A stretch of 35,681 bases of DNA from a virus: UHGV virus genome UHGV-1359969. One strand, written 5' to 3'. The position numbers and the translations under genes were made by a program. Positions within the stretch are counted from its first letter, which is position 1; each line of letters starts with the position of its first letter. The notes under the pieces are model-generated. The model did no database searches, had not been told where the DNA came from, and worked only from the letters and a program-made list of their open reading frames with translations. Below are positions 1 to 11,200 of the stretch, piece by piece.

Positions 1-14
1 TAACGGGTTTAATA

Positions 15-64
<50 letters not shown>

Positions 65-237
65 AAGACAACAACTAACATAATGATTTTAAAGCATTTC
101 ATCGCTTGCAACTGTGTCATGCTTGCAGTTTTTGCCATTCTTATGCATTTACCTTCCATTTCATGTGTCACGAATATGACACGCGCCACAATCCCCCCTG
201 CTATACTCCCATCATCACCAACCACTCCGAAACCAAC

Positions 238-462
238 ATGCACAATATCGCCAACCTGACCCAAGACGAAAAAGACAAAATTAATGCCGATTTAGCCGCC
301 TCCGGTATCGCGTATAAAGAAAGACTCGGACTGCCGTATGATCTGTACGAAACAGAAAACCAGCAGCCCGAGCATTTGCGGCCGTACTTCAGAGAGAGAC
401 TGGAGTATTACAGGGAGATCGGGAAAAGGTTTCCGCGTGGGTTCGAGTATGAGAAGGAATGA
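238..462 (+). CDS. hypothetical small protein (74 aa from internal Met; ORF track gives 106..462)
   Basis: Open frame next to the att junction; hydrophilic C-terminal part (MHNIANLTQDEKDKINADL...); no clear RBS for either start; function unknown. Confidence 0.3.
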   Translation: MHNIANLTQDEKDKINADLAASGIAYKERLGLPYDLYETENQQPEHLRPYFRERLEYYREIGKRFPRGFEYEKE

Positions 463-540
463 TGTCATTCATGCTGACCAACCGGCACTAAACTGGTAAA
501 CTTAGCTTAAGTGTAACAATAACAAACGAATTAACGATTC

Positions 541-2379
541 ATGAAACCAAAATCATTTAGAGAAGATATCAACGGACTGAGAGCCATAGCTGTACTTTCT
601 GTTCTTATTTTTCATTTTAATCCGTCTTACTTACCTGGTGGATTTGTCGGTGTTGATGTTTTCTTTGTCATATCCGGATTCTTGATGACGTCCATTATAT
701 TCAGAGGTATAGGGAATAATAGTTTCTCAACGTGGAATTTCCTTAAGGCCAGAGCGAAACGCATTGTCCCGGCACTTACCACTGTAATAATTATTTGTCT
801 GTTGTTCGGATATTTATGCTTTGATGTTATTTCATACAAAATACTAGGGCAGCATTCAGCAGGAAGCTTGACATTTATATCGAACTATATATACCAATAT
901 GAATCTGGTTATTTCGATGAGTCATCTCGCAATAAGGTCTTGCTTCATACCTGGTCTCTATCTGTTGAATGGCAATTTTACATTATATATCCAATTATTT
1001 TATCTATATTAAGCAAGTTTATATCTATAGATAAATTAAAAGCAACCGTGCTTTTTCTTATGCTGGCATCTCTTTTGTGGTGTATTTATATCTCGCAAAA
1101 AGACCCTGTATCATCATATTTCATGATATATTCAAGAGCATGGGAAATGATGCTCGGAGGACTGGCATTTTTATACCCAATAAATACCAGTGATAGAATA
1201 AGAAAAATTATAGAAATAATTGGACTATTATTAATAGCTGTATCATTTTTTATTGTCAACGAAACAATGTCATGGCCTGGCTATTATGCTGTGATTCCTG
1301 TGATTGGCGCATATTTTTGTATTCTTTCTGGCAATAAAAAAACAATTCTTTCTTGGAGGTTAATCCAATACACTGGTTTGTGGTCATATTCCATTTACTT
1401 AGTTCACTGGCCTGTTTTGGTTTTTCTTGGCAGATTTGATATACAGCCTCCATTCATATTGTATTTATCCGGAGTTTTTCTGACTTCACTTGTAATTTAC
1501 CAATTGGTCGAAAAGAAGAGAGATTACCATTATGGCATGCTTTTAATTTACATTGCTACACTAGCCTTCTCACTGGTAATTTATTTTAACGGAGCAGACT
1601 GGCGGCTTACCAACAAACAATATGGTATGAACAGAAACGAATTTAGAAAGAACTATGAAGGGCACCTATGGATGCATTCAAAAGAAACCATAGACTATTT
1701 CAACGCTGATGAAAATGATTTTGATTACATAGTTCTTGGGGATAGTCACGCAAGACATTATTATGCTTACTTCAAGGATAGTGGATTAAAGGTTGCGTCA
1801 TTAGCAACCGACGGGTGCAAAGTAACTAAAAACTTCATGACACCTATCGATTATTCAGAAAACATAAAAAACATATGTACTAATCGATACAAAAAAGCGG
1901 TTGATTTTATCAATTCACATCCAGGTAAAAAAATAATATGGATGCAAGCGTGGTACTCTGGTCGCGTTGGTGAACCGCTGAGAAAAGATGTTGATAGCGA
2001 AAACAATTTCGTTAGTGAGATTGGTTATTTTCTTGATGATATAAAATCATCAAACTCGAAACTATATATAATTGGTGATACTCAGGGCAGCAAAAAAATA
2101 ATGTACCAATGCCTAGCAAGCAAAGACCTGCCTATCAACAGACTATTCACAAAGTGTGAAGAATTTCAAGAATTTAAACCATTCAAAATAAATGAAAGGT
2201 TTTCTTCCCTTGCTGATTCACGTGATGATGTTGTATTTATTGACCCTTCCCCAGCTCTTTGTGACGATGAGAAGTGTAAGGTATTGGACGGTGATGAACC
2301 TGTGTATACAGATAATTCACACCTTACAATAAAAACATCAAAAATCGTTGGTGAGTATATTTTCGATAAAATTAAATAA
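541..2379 (+). CDS. membrane acyltransferase family 3 with C-terminal SGNH-like domain (OafA/Oac-like O-antigen/LPS O-acetyltransferase)
   Basis: 612 aa. N-terminus MKPKSFREDINGLRAIAVLSVLIFHF...GGFVGVDVFFVISGFLMT is the hallmark start of acyltransferase_3 proteins; ~350 aa of multiple hydrophobic segments then a ~250 aa soluble C-terminal domain; strongly AT-rich relative to flanking phage genes. Confidence 0.8.
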   Translation: MKPKSFREDINGLRAIAVLSVLIFHFNPSYLPGGFVGVDVFFVISGFLMTSIIFRGIGNNSFSTWNFLKARAKRIVPALTTVIIICLLFGYLCFDVISYKILGQHSAGSLTFISNYIYQYESGYFDESSRNKVLLHTWSLSVEWQFYIIYPIILSILSKFISIDKLKATVLFLMLASLLWCIYISQKDPVSSYFMIYSRAWEMMLGGLAFLYPINTSDRIRKIIEIIGLLLIAVSFFIVNETMSWPGYYAVIPVIGAYFCILSGNKKTILSWRLIQYTGLWSYSIYLVHWPVLVFLGRFDIQPPFILYLSGVFLTSLVIYQLVEKKRDYHYGMLLIYIATLAFSLVIYFNGADWRLTNKQYGMNRNEFRKNYEGHLWMHSKETIDYFNADENDFDYIVLGDSHARHYYAYFKDSGLKVASLATDGCKVTKNFMTPIDYSENIKNICTNRYKKAVDFINSHPGKKIIWMQAWYSGRVGEPLRKDVDSENNFVSEIGYFLDDIKSSNSKLYIIGDTQGSKKIMYQCLASKDLPINRLFTKCEEFQEFKPFKINERFSSLADSRDDVVFIDPSPALCDDEKCKVLDGDEPVYTDNSHLTIKTSKIVGEYIFDKIK

Positions 2380-2389
2380 CAAAATAAAA

Positions 2390-2411
2390 CCTCCCCTCAA
2401 AAATGGGGAGG
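2390..2411. terminator. bidirectional hairpin terminator between convergent acyltransferase and tailspike genes
   Basis: CCTCCCC-tcaaaaat-GGGGAGG perfect 7-bp stem with A/T-rich flanks on both sides. Confidence 0.6.
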
Positions 2412-2420
2412 TAAATTACC

Positions 2421-4424
2421 TCATGAAACAAACCACTTAACGCCTGCGTAATGTGTTGGAGTACCAACGCAATTGATCTGGATTGCACCATCAAGTATTG
2501 CCGCAATATATGGTGTTTTTGATGCCGCATTTTCATTTATTGAAACCATGCTTATGGTTGACCATGTTCTTATATTTGGGTTTGTTATTTTAACTGGCAA
2601 AGTTTCATTACTTATTTTAACGACACCCTGTCTTGCATATGATGAGTTGAATACAACATTAACACCAGATACATTTTCTTCACTGCCGACCCACTTCGTA
2701 ACCGCTCCTGTCAAATCAATATCTGAAAGAACTAACCTATCCGCTGCACTTTGTTTTGATATCCCACTTGAGCAATTGCTAGTATTCATTCCAGATACTT
2801 TCACATTTGCACCAAAAAGTGATAATGCGACATCGCAAGAATCTGCGAAAAAGTTCGAGACGTAAATATCAGTTGACCCAGCGGATATGTTTATTCCTCT
2901 GTTTTTTGAACCTATGACAGACACGCCAATAACCTGAACATTTTTAGACCCATTTGAAATTGAAACACCGGCACTGTTTGCATTTACTGGGTCATTTACA
3001 TTTTTCACAACAACCCCACTGACTACAGTGCCATCAGCGGGTTTATTAGGATGCCCTAAATTCAATCCATTTGAATAGCGAACAGTATCAACATTAAGGT
3101 TGCTAACTATAGAGTTTGTACTGTCACAGCCAACTGCTGATGCACCTGTGTTGTATGAGGTTATGTTAGAAATACGATTGTTATTACCATGAACCTGCAC
3201 TGATGAGTAGTTCTTGCATCGAGTCCCTCCATCTTCACCATATGTAGATGAGGCATTCACTGCGCTGACTGATGACCCGCTAACATTACGAAGAACAACC
3301 CCTTCTAATCCCCAATTTCGCAACTTAATTACATCAATGTTATGATTCACCCCACCATCAATAAGTAGCGTACAATCATCAACTGTATAATTTGCTTCTT
3401 CAATAAAATTATTACTTAAATATATACCTTTCACAGCGCTTGAATTGCAATTTATAAAGTGAATTAACCTCATTCTGGATGATGAAACATTTTTTTCATT
3501 ACCATCAATCCGACCATGCCCTTCAATGGTAATATCATCAACTCCTGTCGCTGATATCAGAACACATAAATCAGGGCAGTTACGATCTGCATAAACAACA
3601 CCATCGATTCTGATTGTCATGCTTTTTGTTAAGACAATCGGCTCAATATAAATTTCAGTGTTTTCGTCAATATGAACAAAATTATTAAAATCAATGCATT
3701 TTGTCAGAGCATCGGTATCACTGTTTTGGCCTTTGAAGTTTTTGAAATTATGTAGCGGATAGCCATTCAGCAGACCGCAGCAGAGCCAGTTGCTATCCGG
3801 TGACGAACCCGGTGTGATGGTTACAGGGTGTGCGCCTTTGTAGACATAGAAAAATCCATCACCAGCAAGCGCGGCCTCTTTGTCTGAATCAAGAATGCCA
3901 CCGTCAGCAAATGACGCTTTTCGCGCAATAGTGAGGCGACTGTAATCAGCGTGCACAGTATTACCAAACGATGAACCTACGAGTTTGTCGCCAGAATTAA
4001 CGATCTCTGTTCTGAGGCTTGCATCACCAACCCCAACCCATTTTCCTGCGCCAACTCCCCCAGCAAATTCAGGTGTTGATCCGACAGGAACTGATTTCGG
4101 TAAATCACCATCCCAACGGTAATATTCGCCAGTGGTTTCGTCACGCAGAATTTTATTGCGCTTTGTAATTTCAGCACCCTGCTGGAAGCTGTCCATAGGG
4201 ATATAACCGGCGGCGATAATCGCCTGGTTCATATCGACTTTAAACCGCTCAACCAACTGGTCAAACATCCACTTAATACCTTCAATGGTCAGGTGACTGC
4301 GGCCAAACCGGTCTTTATATTCATGTTCCAGCGATGTCACGAACTCATCAATTTTGCCTGAGTTAAATTTCAGGTCGCGCGGTGCTTCACTCGGTACTGC
4401 ATTTTGAGTAGGGATAGTAGCCAT
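2421..4424 (-). CDS. tailspike / tail fibre protein with probable beta-helix receptor-binding (possibly glycan-depolymerase) domain
   Basis: 667 aa; last gene of tail operon; body rich in Asn/Gly/Ser/Val repeats (NxxG, VxNxxG) typical of right-handed beta-helix tailspikes; N-terminus is not P22-like. Confidence 0.55.
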   Translation of the reverse strand: MATIPTQNAVPSEAPRDLKFNSGKIDEFVTSLEHEYKDRFGRSHLTIEGIKWMFDQLVERFKVDMNQAIIAAGYIPMDSFQQGAEITKRNKILRDETTGEYYRWDGDLPKSVPVGSTPEFAGGVGAGKWVGVGDASLRTEIVNSGDKLVGSSFGNTVHADYSRLTIARKASFADGGILDSDKEAALAGDGFFYVYKGAHPVTITPGSSPDSNWLCCGLLNGYPLHNFKNFKGQNSDTDALTKCIDFNNFVHIDENTEIYIEPIVLTKSMTIRIDGVVYADRNCPDLCVLISATGVDDITIEGHGRIDGNEKNVSSSRMRLIHFINCNSSAVKGIYLSNNFIEEANYTVDDCTLLIDGGVNHNIDVIKLRNWGLEGVVLRNVSGSSVSAVNASSTYGEDGGTRCKNYSSVQVHGNNNRISNITSYNTGASAVGCDSTNSIVSNLNVDTVRYSNGLNLGHPNKPADGTVVSGVVVKNVNDPVNANSAGVSISNGSKNVQVIGVSVIGSKNRGINISAGSTDIYVSNFFADSCDVALSLFGANVKVSGMNTSNCSSGISKQSAADRLVLSDIDLTGAVTKWVGSEENVSGVNVVFNSSYARQGVVKISNETLPVKITNPNIRTWSTISMVSINENAASKTPYIAAILDGAIQINCVGTPTHYAGVKWFVS

Positions 4425-4440
4425 GTGTCTTTTCTTCCAA

Positions 4441-4466
4441 TAAAAAAGCCAGCACTGAGGCTGGCT
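4441..4466 (-). terminator. hairpin plus T-run on minus strand between tail tip gene and tailspike gene
   Basis: AGCCAGC-actgag-GCTGGCT stem with AAAAAA on plus side (T-run on minus), 17 nt upstream of the tailspike start. Confidence 0.5.
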
Positions 4467-4485
4467 TGTTGGTTTGAGTGTTATG

Positions 4486-6957
4486 TCAGACGTTATAGTC
4501 TGCTTGCGGTGCGAAATACTCGCTTGCGGTGATGGAGAACGTGCCGTCTGCGTCTGGTTTCTTGTCAGAGACTACCCATCGCATAGCGTCCATTTCAGTG
4601 ACGGTTGATATGATGTACCGTGACGGGGACTGAACATTGTGGCCGTCATAGATATTGAGATGTATGTCAGGGATATCAGCAATAAAGCCTTTAGCCGTAT
4701 CAGTCCGCGCCTGCGCCGGATATTCTCCGGATGAATTTCCGAGGTGATCAGTGATGCTCACCACCATGTCACCGGAAAACTCAATACGCTCACTGGTACT
4801 GAATACATTGCCAGTTCTGCCAGTGATGTGTCCGCCCTGCTGATTACTGTCGTAGCTGTCAGCCACCAGTACCATATCGCCGGGATACACATAGTCACCG
4901 TCTGCCAGTGTCTGCAGGCTGATGCTTGTCCGCTGGCTTATCAGCCTATCCATTTCCAGTAATGCGCGGTCAATGGCCTGATACTCGTTCCGGCATCCGT
5001 GCAGGGTGATTTTATTCGGGCTTTTTGCTGCACCCTTCACCACCGCGCCGTTTTCGATACGGTATTTCAGGTAGGTTTTTTTGTTGGTTCGTGGGTTAAC
5101 ATACTCAACCTCAACACCGTCATTCCCGCCCGGCAATGACATATCGTATGAGATACGGAAGTTATTACCGGTGATGTTTGACCGGTTAAACACCGCCGCC
5201 GGATATCTCCGCTCTTCTTCACGGGAAAATGTCAGCACACCGTTATCAAAGAATGCCGTCACCCGCGCCACGTTGCAGATTGTCTCGACGCGCTGGCCTA
5301 ACGATACGTCCTCGTCATCAAACGTGTAATCGAAGTACCCGAGTCGTTTGTCAGGTAGTCCGGCGTAAATCTCATACAGTCCGTGCAGGTCGATAGTGTT
5401 CTCCGGCTGCTTTCCGGTAACCAGCCACGTATGCGCAACTGCGTCAGCAAATGAGCGTGACGGCCGTTCTGTGTAATCCACTTTGCGGCTGATCATGTCA
5501 TAGCTGATCACATGCCTTGTCACCAGAGCATTATATTTGCGCTCACGCGAGCTTGTCGGGTTCTCTGTCGCCCTTACGGTCACACGGACAAGAGTATCGT
5601 CTTGATGCTTCTCATTGAGCCTGCGGCGGATGATGTGGGCCTTCTCCAGTTTCAGGATGCTGTGGTCATTGCTGTTTTCCAGTCTAGTTAACTGGAATGC
5701 ATATCTACCGTACCCACCTTGTGGTGTGAATTTTTCCGTTTTGTAATAGTTTTTTGTCTTTGGTGCTGCCGGAAATCCTCGGTTATATGATTCTCTGGTG
5801 CCGAGGATTTCCTCGTTGTCGTCGTTTACCTTCCAGAATTCCATTCTGGCATTAGCATAATCACCCTCGCCAAGCTGGGCGTTTATATGAATCCACAGCT
5901 GCCCGCCTTCCATTGGTGAAAAGAACGGGCCAACTGTCAGGAACTGATTGTCATATAGAATGAATTTCGTGGTATTAACGACAGCATTCGGCGGCAGCGT
6001 CGCCAGGTCATTGCCTGAAAGGCTGGTGAAAAAGAACTCGTAATACTTTTTCGGCAACACGATTGAGCCGTCATCTGTTTTTTTCGCCTCAGACAGATAA
6101 GCATCCACTTTAATGTCTTTTGTCACGTTACCGGTTGGCGTGTCATACGATACATTTACGGTCATTGATACTGAGCGTGGTTTGATGATGTCATAGAAGT
6201 AATCGAACTCATCTTGCCTGGCGATTTTAATCATCGCCTCGCCGCCCTTTATCTCACCGGAAATGACCTCATTTGCCGTTGCCTGATACTGCGGGATTTC
6301 ATCACTTTCATTCGGCCCCGGCACTTCCTGACCGTCAACATCGTGAAATTCAAAGCCTTCAAATATTTCAGGGATATTCTCACCCGGCTGAAATATCTGA
6401 TAGCTGGCACCGTCCAGCGCGGTTAATTCTGATTCTGAGTATTTCACGTTTTCGATATCAAATTTCCCGATACCGAAGTTCATCCACTCCGTGACTTTTT
6501 TCTTGTTATCGATGTACTCAAACAATGATTGCTGAATCAGATCCGGATATGCCCTTACCTGTCCGTGAATTTCCGGTCTTGCCTGGTATGTTCTGGCGAC
6601 ATTGGTTTGCCCGGTGAGCCGGTTATTCGGGCTGTCTTTAACGTTCGCATCAGCAGATGTGAATGACGGTGTTTTCGGCGCCAGAAAAGAGAATACTTTC
6701 GATACCAGTTTGAATATCGGGCTTAACAGATCTCCGATTGCACCGCCTTTCGGCTGATCAAACACCTGAATGTGATGTAATTCAGAGACAACAAAATCAA
6801 GGCTGTCGCTATCGGTCAGTTTCACACCATTAACCATGATCACTACGTCACTGCTGATGCTCTGCTCTTTCAGCCAGTCAAAAAAAAGAGAGCCGGATTT
6901 TACTTCGACTCTCTCTTTTGGTGTTCCCGGCAGGCGCTGAATTTCAATTACCGGCAT
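4486..6957 (-). CDS. large tail tip / host-specificity-like structural protein
   Basis: 823 aa ORF in tail operon between the NlpC/P60-like tail protein and the tailspike; assignment by size and synteny only. Confidence 0.5.
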   Translation of the reverse strand: MPVIEIQRLPGTPKERVEVKSGSLFFDWLKEQSISSDVVIMVNGVKLTDSDSLDFVVSELHHIQVFDQPKGGAIGDLLSPIFKLVSKVFSFLAPKTPSFTSADANVKDSPNNRLTGQTNVARTYQARPEIHGQVRAYPDLIQQSLFEYIDNKKKVTEWMNFGIGKFDIENVKYSESELTALDGASYQIFQPGENIPEIFEGFEFHDVDGQEVPGPNESDEIPQYQATANEVISGEIKGGEAMIKIARQDEFDYFYDIIKPRSVSMTVNVSYDTPTGNVTKDIKVDAYLSEAKKTDDGSIVLPKKYYEFFFTSLSGNDLATLPPNAVVNTTKFILYDNQFLTVGPFFSPMEGGQLWIHINAQLGEGDYANARMEFWKVNDDNEEILGTRESYNRGFPAAPKTKNYYKTEKFTPQGGYGRYAFQLTRLENSNDHSILKLEKAHIIRRRLNEKHQDDTLVRVTVRATENPTSSRERKYNALVTRHVISYDMISRKVDYTERPSRSFADAVAHTWLVTGKQPENTIDLHGLYEIYAGLPDKRLGYFDYTFDDEDVSLGQRVETICNVARVTAFFDNGVLTFSREEERRYPAAVFNRSNITGNNFRISYDMSLPGGNDGVEVEYVNPRTNKKTYLKYRIENGAVVKGAAKSPNKITLHGCRNEYQAIDRALLEMDRLISQRTSISLQTLADGDYVYPGDMVLVADSYDSNQQGGHITGRTGNVFSTSERIEFSGDMVVSITDHLGNSSGEYPAQARTDTAKGFIADIPDIHLNIYDGHNVQSPSRYIISTVTEMDAMRWVVSDKKPDADGTFSITASEYFAPQADYNV

Positions 6958-7336
6958 AAGTCATAAACTCCACTTTGCTGTATATCCGCTGAATGGTCAG
7001 TAATCTGTCCAGGCGGACATGTCCGTTATCTCCCCGGCTGTGCAAAACCATCCCGCCGAGCACAATACCGACATGAACAGGCACCGAACCGTCATAGGCC
7101 ACAAATATCCCGCCACTTACCGGGTGATCTTCCGCCTTCCAGAAATTTACCTCATTTTGATAACAGGTCATAAAATCACTGTCTGATTCATAACCGCTGG
7201 CGTGATGAATTTCAGCACCGACAACGTACCGGTAATAGAGCGTTACCAGGCCCCAGCAGTCACACGCAGTAAATGAACACGCCCGGTTAACCCACGGTAT
7301 CCCGATCATCCTGTCTGTAAATTCGTCTGTCGTCAT
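6944..7336 (-). CDS. tail-associated NlpC/P60-type peptidase (lambda gpK-like)
   Basis: Contains CDCWGLV (catalytic Cys motif) and downstream His residues; ATG at 7334-7336 overlaps the upstream stop (ATGA); ORF track start 7357. Confidence 0.55.
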   Translation of the reverse strand: MTTDEFTDRMIGIPWVNRACSFTACDCWGLVTLYYRYVVGAEIHHASGYESDSDFMTCYQNEVNFWKAEDHPVSGGIFVAYDGSVPVHVGIVLGGMVLHSRGDNGHVRLDRLLTIQRIYSKVEFMTYAGN

Positions 7337-7803
7337 ACGGCCTCCAGCCCCGGCCACTCCTGTGGCTCATAAATGCGTCCGACATTCTTGTTCAGCGGAT
7401 TGGTCATCGAGAGTGTCATTGATACAGACTCCGCATCCAGAGACACATCCTTCGCAAACAGCTTCCAGCGCACGATTGCCGTACCTTTATCCGCCTCATC
7501 AAACAGTCGGTAAGTCACCTCGACCGGCACCATCCGTGAATACGACCGCCACGCTTTCAGCTTTTGCTTAAACTCATGCGCCACACGGCTGAATTTCACG
7601 CTTGCGTCGATGATCGGCGTTTTACTCTGCTGACTCTCTGACATCTCAAAGTTACACGGCAGATATTCAATACCGCCGAGTGTCTTCGGGAAAATCTGGT
7701 GAGTGATCAGGTAAATATCGCCGAATGATGGGTGTGATAGTTGGAGTGTTTCGTACAGGATTCGGTTTGGTCGTTGTGCGCGGAACTCACGCAATGTCGG
7801 CAT
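7333..7803 (-). CDS. minor tail protein (hypothetical)
   Basis: 156 aa ORF translationally coupled within the tail operon downstream of the tape measure gene. Confidence 0.45.
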   Translation of the reverse strand: MPTLREFRAQRPNRILYETLQLSHPSFGDIYLITHQIFPKTLGGIEYLPCNFEMSESQQSKTPIIDASVKFSRVAHEFKQKLKAWRSYSRMVPVEVTYRLFDEADKGTAIVRWKLFAKDVSLDAESVSMTLSMTNPLNKNVGRIYEPQEWPGLEAV

Positions 7804-8279
7804 TATCCCTCCTTACACCGCGGCAGTGTTTCAGTGACAATGACATCCAGCCAGCTGCCGAACGGCGGCGGGAATTCGATAATCACATCACCGAATTCAT
7901 CATCATCGTTATGCAGGTTTTTACAGATAACCTGACCGGTCCATGTGACTGATGCGCCGTTAACGCTGGTCTGCACTGGGTATGACACAAAGTGCAGTTC
8001 CTGCTCCTGTAATCCGCTGCCGCCGATGTCGATTTTCATCCGAAACCACCGGTTACAGTTATCCAGATAATCAGGATGGCGCAGCCACTGAGCAAACGCC
8101 CGCTCCTGTACCAACGTGAATATCCAGGTGACATTCCAGACCGTTTTCAGGTCATCAGTCAGTTTCTGGAATATCGGCGCGCCTACCTGTGGCTGATCTG
8201 TCATATAACCGGTGTCGATGGTCATGTTTTTATCTGACTTCTGTGCCAGAGGAAGCCAGTCAGGATAGTCGATAATCAT
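7803..8279 (-). CDS. minor tail protein (hypothetical)
   Basis: 158 aa ORF immediately downstream of the tape measure gene, overlapping start/stop. Confidence 0.45.
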   Translation of the reverse strand: MIIDYPDWLPLAQKSDKNMTIDTGYMTDQPQVGAPIFQKLTDDLKTVWNVTWIFTLVQERAFAQWLRHPDYLDNCNRWFRMKIDIGGSGLQEQELHFVSYPVQTSVNGASVTWTGQVICKNLHNDDDEFGDVIIEFPPPFGSWLDVIVTETLPRCKEG

Positions 8280-11200
8280 CTCACCCTCGCAGATGCTGTT
8301 GTGTTTCGTGTGATGGCGCTGTGCATCGGCCCCTTATTGTCCATGTCAGCGATAAACACATCTATGGTCATGCCGTTGCTGTCCTGTCTGGCCTGAGTAT
8401 CAATCCTGTTACCTCCGGATGAATAGTCGTTGATATTCACCGTCACCGGCACCTGCCCGCCGCCGATATCACGGTTACTGATGACCTTGCCGTTATCGCC
8501 GGGGATCATGTACTGGTTACCGTTTGACGCTTTGAATATCTCAGGCTTACCACCCTCACCAACCCTGTACATTTCACCGGCAGATACCGGACCACCATCT
8601 TTACGCGCACCGGCAATCGTGAGTGCTTTCATTCCGATGCTGGTTGCTGCGCCGGTCGCCTGTGCCGCAGTATACGCGCCGAGCCCGCTGGCGGATGCCG
8701 CCCCCATTGTTGCGATAGACGCTGCGATAGCCGCCGGAGTCCACGCAGCCAAAGCTGCGGCACCACCGGCAACGGCTGCTGATGCGTTCGCTGCCTGAGT
8801 AGCAACGCCTAATGTCTGACCGAGGATGAAGTTTTTAGCCATCTCCACGCCAACCTGAACGATAGAGTTGACCACGCTGTTAAGCATGGTATTACCCAGC
8901 GACCGCGCAGCATCACTCCAGCTCATGGTCTGTGTGATCAGCCCGGTGATAGCGTTGGACGCATTCCCGGAGAGAGAATCAACTGCGGATGTGAGCATGT
9001 CATAGCCGATGCTTTGCTGACTCAGCAGTTGCCACTGTGCTGCAATTTGCTGCTCCTGATACTGTTTATCCTGTGCGGTTTTCAGCGCCATATACTGTGC
9101 ATCGGTAGCTTGTTTTGCGGCTATATACTGGTCATAACTGATTTGCCCATCCTGCTGTGACTTCTTCAACAATGCCTGTTCTGCCTGATAGTACGATTCC
9201 ATCAGTGCCAGCTTCTGAGCATTTTCGTTAGCCAGTGCCTGAATTGGGTCAATTTTTGCCCGATTCTCAGCGACAATATTCACCTGACCATTTGATGTTT
9301 CTTCCGATATTTTGCGCGAATACTCAGCGTGTATCGCCGCCCTGCGTTGCTGATATTGCTCTTCGGTAACCAAATTACCTTTCAGTTGTCGCTCAAGTTG
9401 TTCGCTGGCCAGTTTCATATCTTGGTTGGCTTTCGAGCGTGGATTCTGCTCAAATGCCTCTTTGCGGTCTTTTATCTTCTGAGTGAGGTCGTATTCCTTC
9501 CCTGCCAACTCAGTTATTTCTGCTATCTGTGCTGCATTAGCCTTTGACCCAAGCTTCTGCACTGCCTCAAGGATTGCCGCCTCTCTGGATAGGCCTTTAG
9601 TTTCCAACTCTGCAACCTTCGTCGCATTAGCCAGGTCAGTTATCTTCTGTTTGAGCTTTTCGGCTTCTGTGGCTTCTTTTGCTGCTGCGCTGGCGGCTGC
9701 TTTCGATGTGCGAACTGTTTCCTTTTTGGCATAGGCAAGATCATAATTTCTGGCAGCTTCATCCTCTATTTGCTGCATTTGAGTCGAGTCAGCCTTAACC
9801 CCTGCTTTTTCAGCCTTCTGCCTTTCGGTGGCGATAGCCCTCTGACGATCATCTGTTATTGCCAAGAGCTCATTTTGCTTGCGAAGATTTTCCAGTAACT
9901 TATCGCCATCCTGACTCCGCTCAACAGTCAATGATGTAGCGTTAAATCTCTGCTTTGCCCTTGTGGCGTCTTCAAGATTTAACCCGTACGCTTTAAGTGC
10001 TGCACTGGCATTCGGCAACACAGAGCCGGATTGAGCCTTGAGAAGATCAGCGCCTTGCAGTAACTCACCGTTGAGTTTCGCCTGCATCAGTCCTGTTGAG
10101 TTTAATGTGCGCGAATACTCAGTTGTTTTTGTATCTAATTCAGCTTGCTTTATCTTTATTTCATTGAGTATTTTGGCTCTGTCACTTTCCGCCCCGGTAA
10201 GGCTGTAGTTCCTTTCCCCCGCCTTTTTGTACCTCTCATTCAGGCTGTCTATTTCGCTGCCAAGCTCTTTAATTTCATCTTTTTGAGTAGACATATGCTG
10301 AGTGGCTTTCGCTATCATTCCCTCAAGCTGAACGCGGTTCATGCCCTGCATTTTTTCCGTCAGTCCCTCAAGCTCATCAGCAAACTTTGATGCCTCCTGC
10401 CTGGCCTCTTCCGTTTTCTGGAAAAAGTAATAAACCGCAGCACCGGCCAACATGGCGGCACCTGCCGGCCCACCTATCGGCGCAAGCAACCAGTTCATGG
10501 ATTTCAGTGCATTAGCCATTGTCAAACCAGTAGCGGCCACCCTAGCCTGAGATGCACTCAGTGCATTGTTCGCCTGCGCAGCAATGATGGCTGCATTGCT
10601 GTACGCTGTTTTCAATCTTGTAACGTTAGCCAGCGCTGTAGCCTCTGCCGCCGACCCTCTGGCGACCTGATATTCTGCCCTGGCAAGATTTAGCGCTGAC
10701 ATTGCCGCGTCTCTGTCTGCCACTGTTTTTCTCACAAGCACAGCTGCTGCATCACGTTCAGCCACTGCCGCCTGTCTTGATGCGGCTGCACCAGCCATTG
10801 TGTCACGAGCTTTTTTAACTTGCGCAGCACCAGCCAGCGCCAGTGCACCGGCGTACCTTGAGCCAATAACCCCGGCGGCAATAACCAGAATATTTGTCAG
10901 GTAATCAAGGTTTTCACTTACCATCACCACTGAGTCATTAAACCCGCCGATGAACGACTGAACAGTCGATGAGTTACCGAAAAATTTAGTGATGTTATTA
11001 CCAGCCTCCTGTAATGCCTGAGACATAGTCTGAGTAGTTTTTGAAAATTCCTCGCCAATGGCTGCGCCCTGCGACAAAAGTCCGTTAACTACCACGTCAG
11101 TGGTCAGCTTTCCTTCTGCGGCCATTGCGCGTAACTGCCCGATGCTGACACCCATCGAATCAGCGAGAGCGACCATCAACCGACTTCCCTGCTCGGAAAC

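Noticed and set aside
65-92. Possible 5' half of the tRNA-Thr (making it an intact tRNA gene)
   Set aside because: The sequence where the D-arm and acceptor 5' strand (GCCGGCT...) should be does not match; only the 3' 50 nt are present, consistent with an att duplication.
106-237. N-terminal extension of the first ORF (Cys/His-rich MQLCHACSFCHSYAF...)
   Set aside because: No RBS, odd composition, and it begins only about 40 nt from the tRNA fragment; the coding part, if real, more likely starts at the internal Met at 238.
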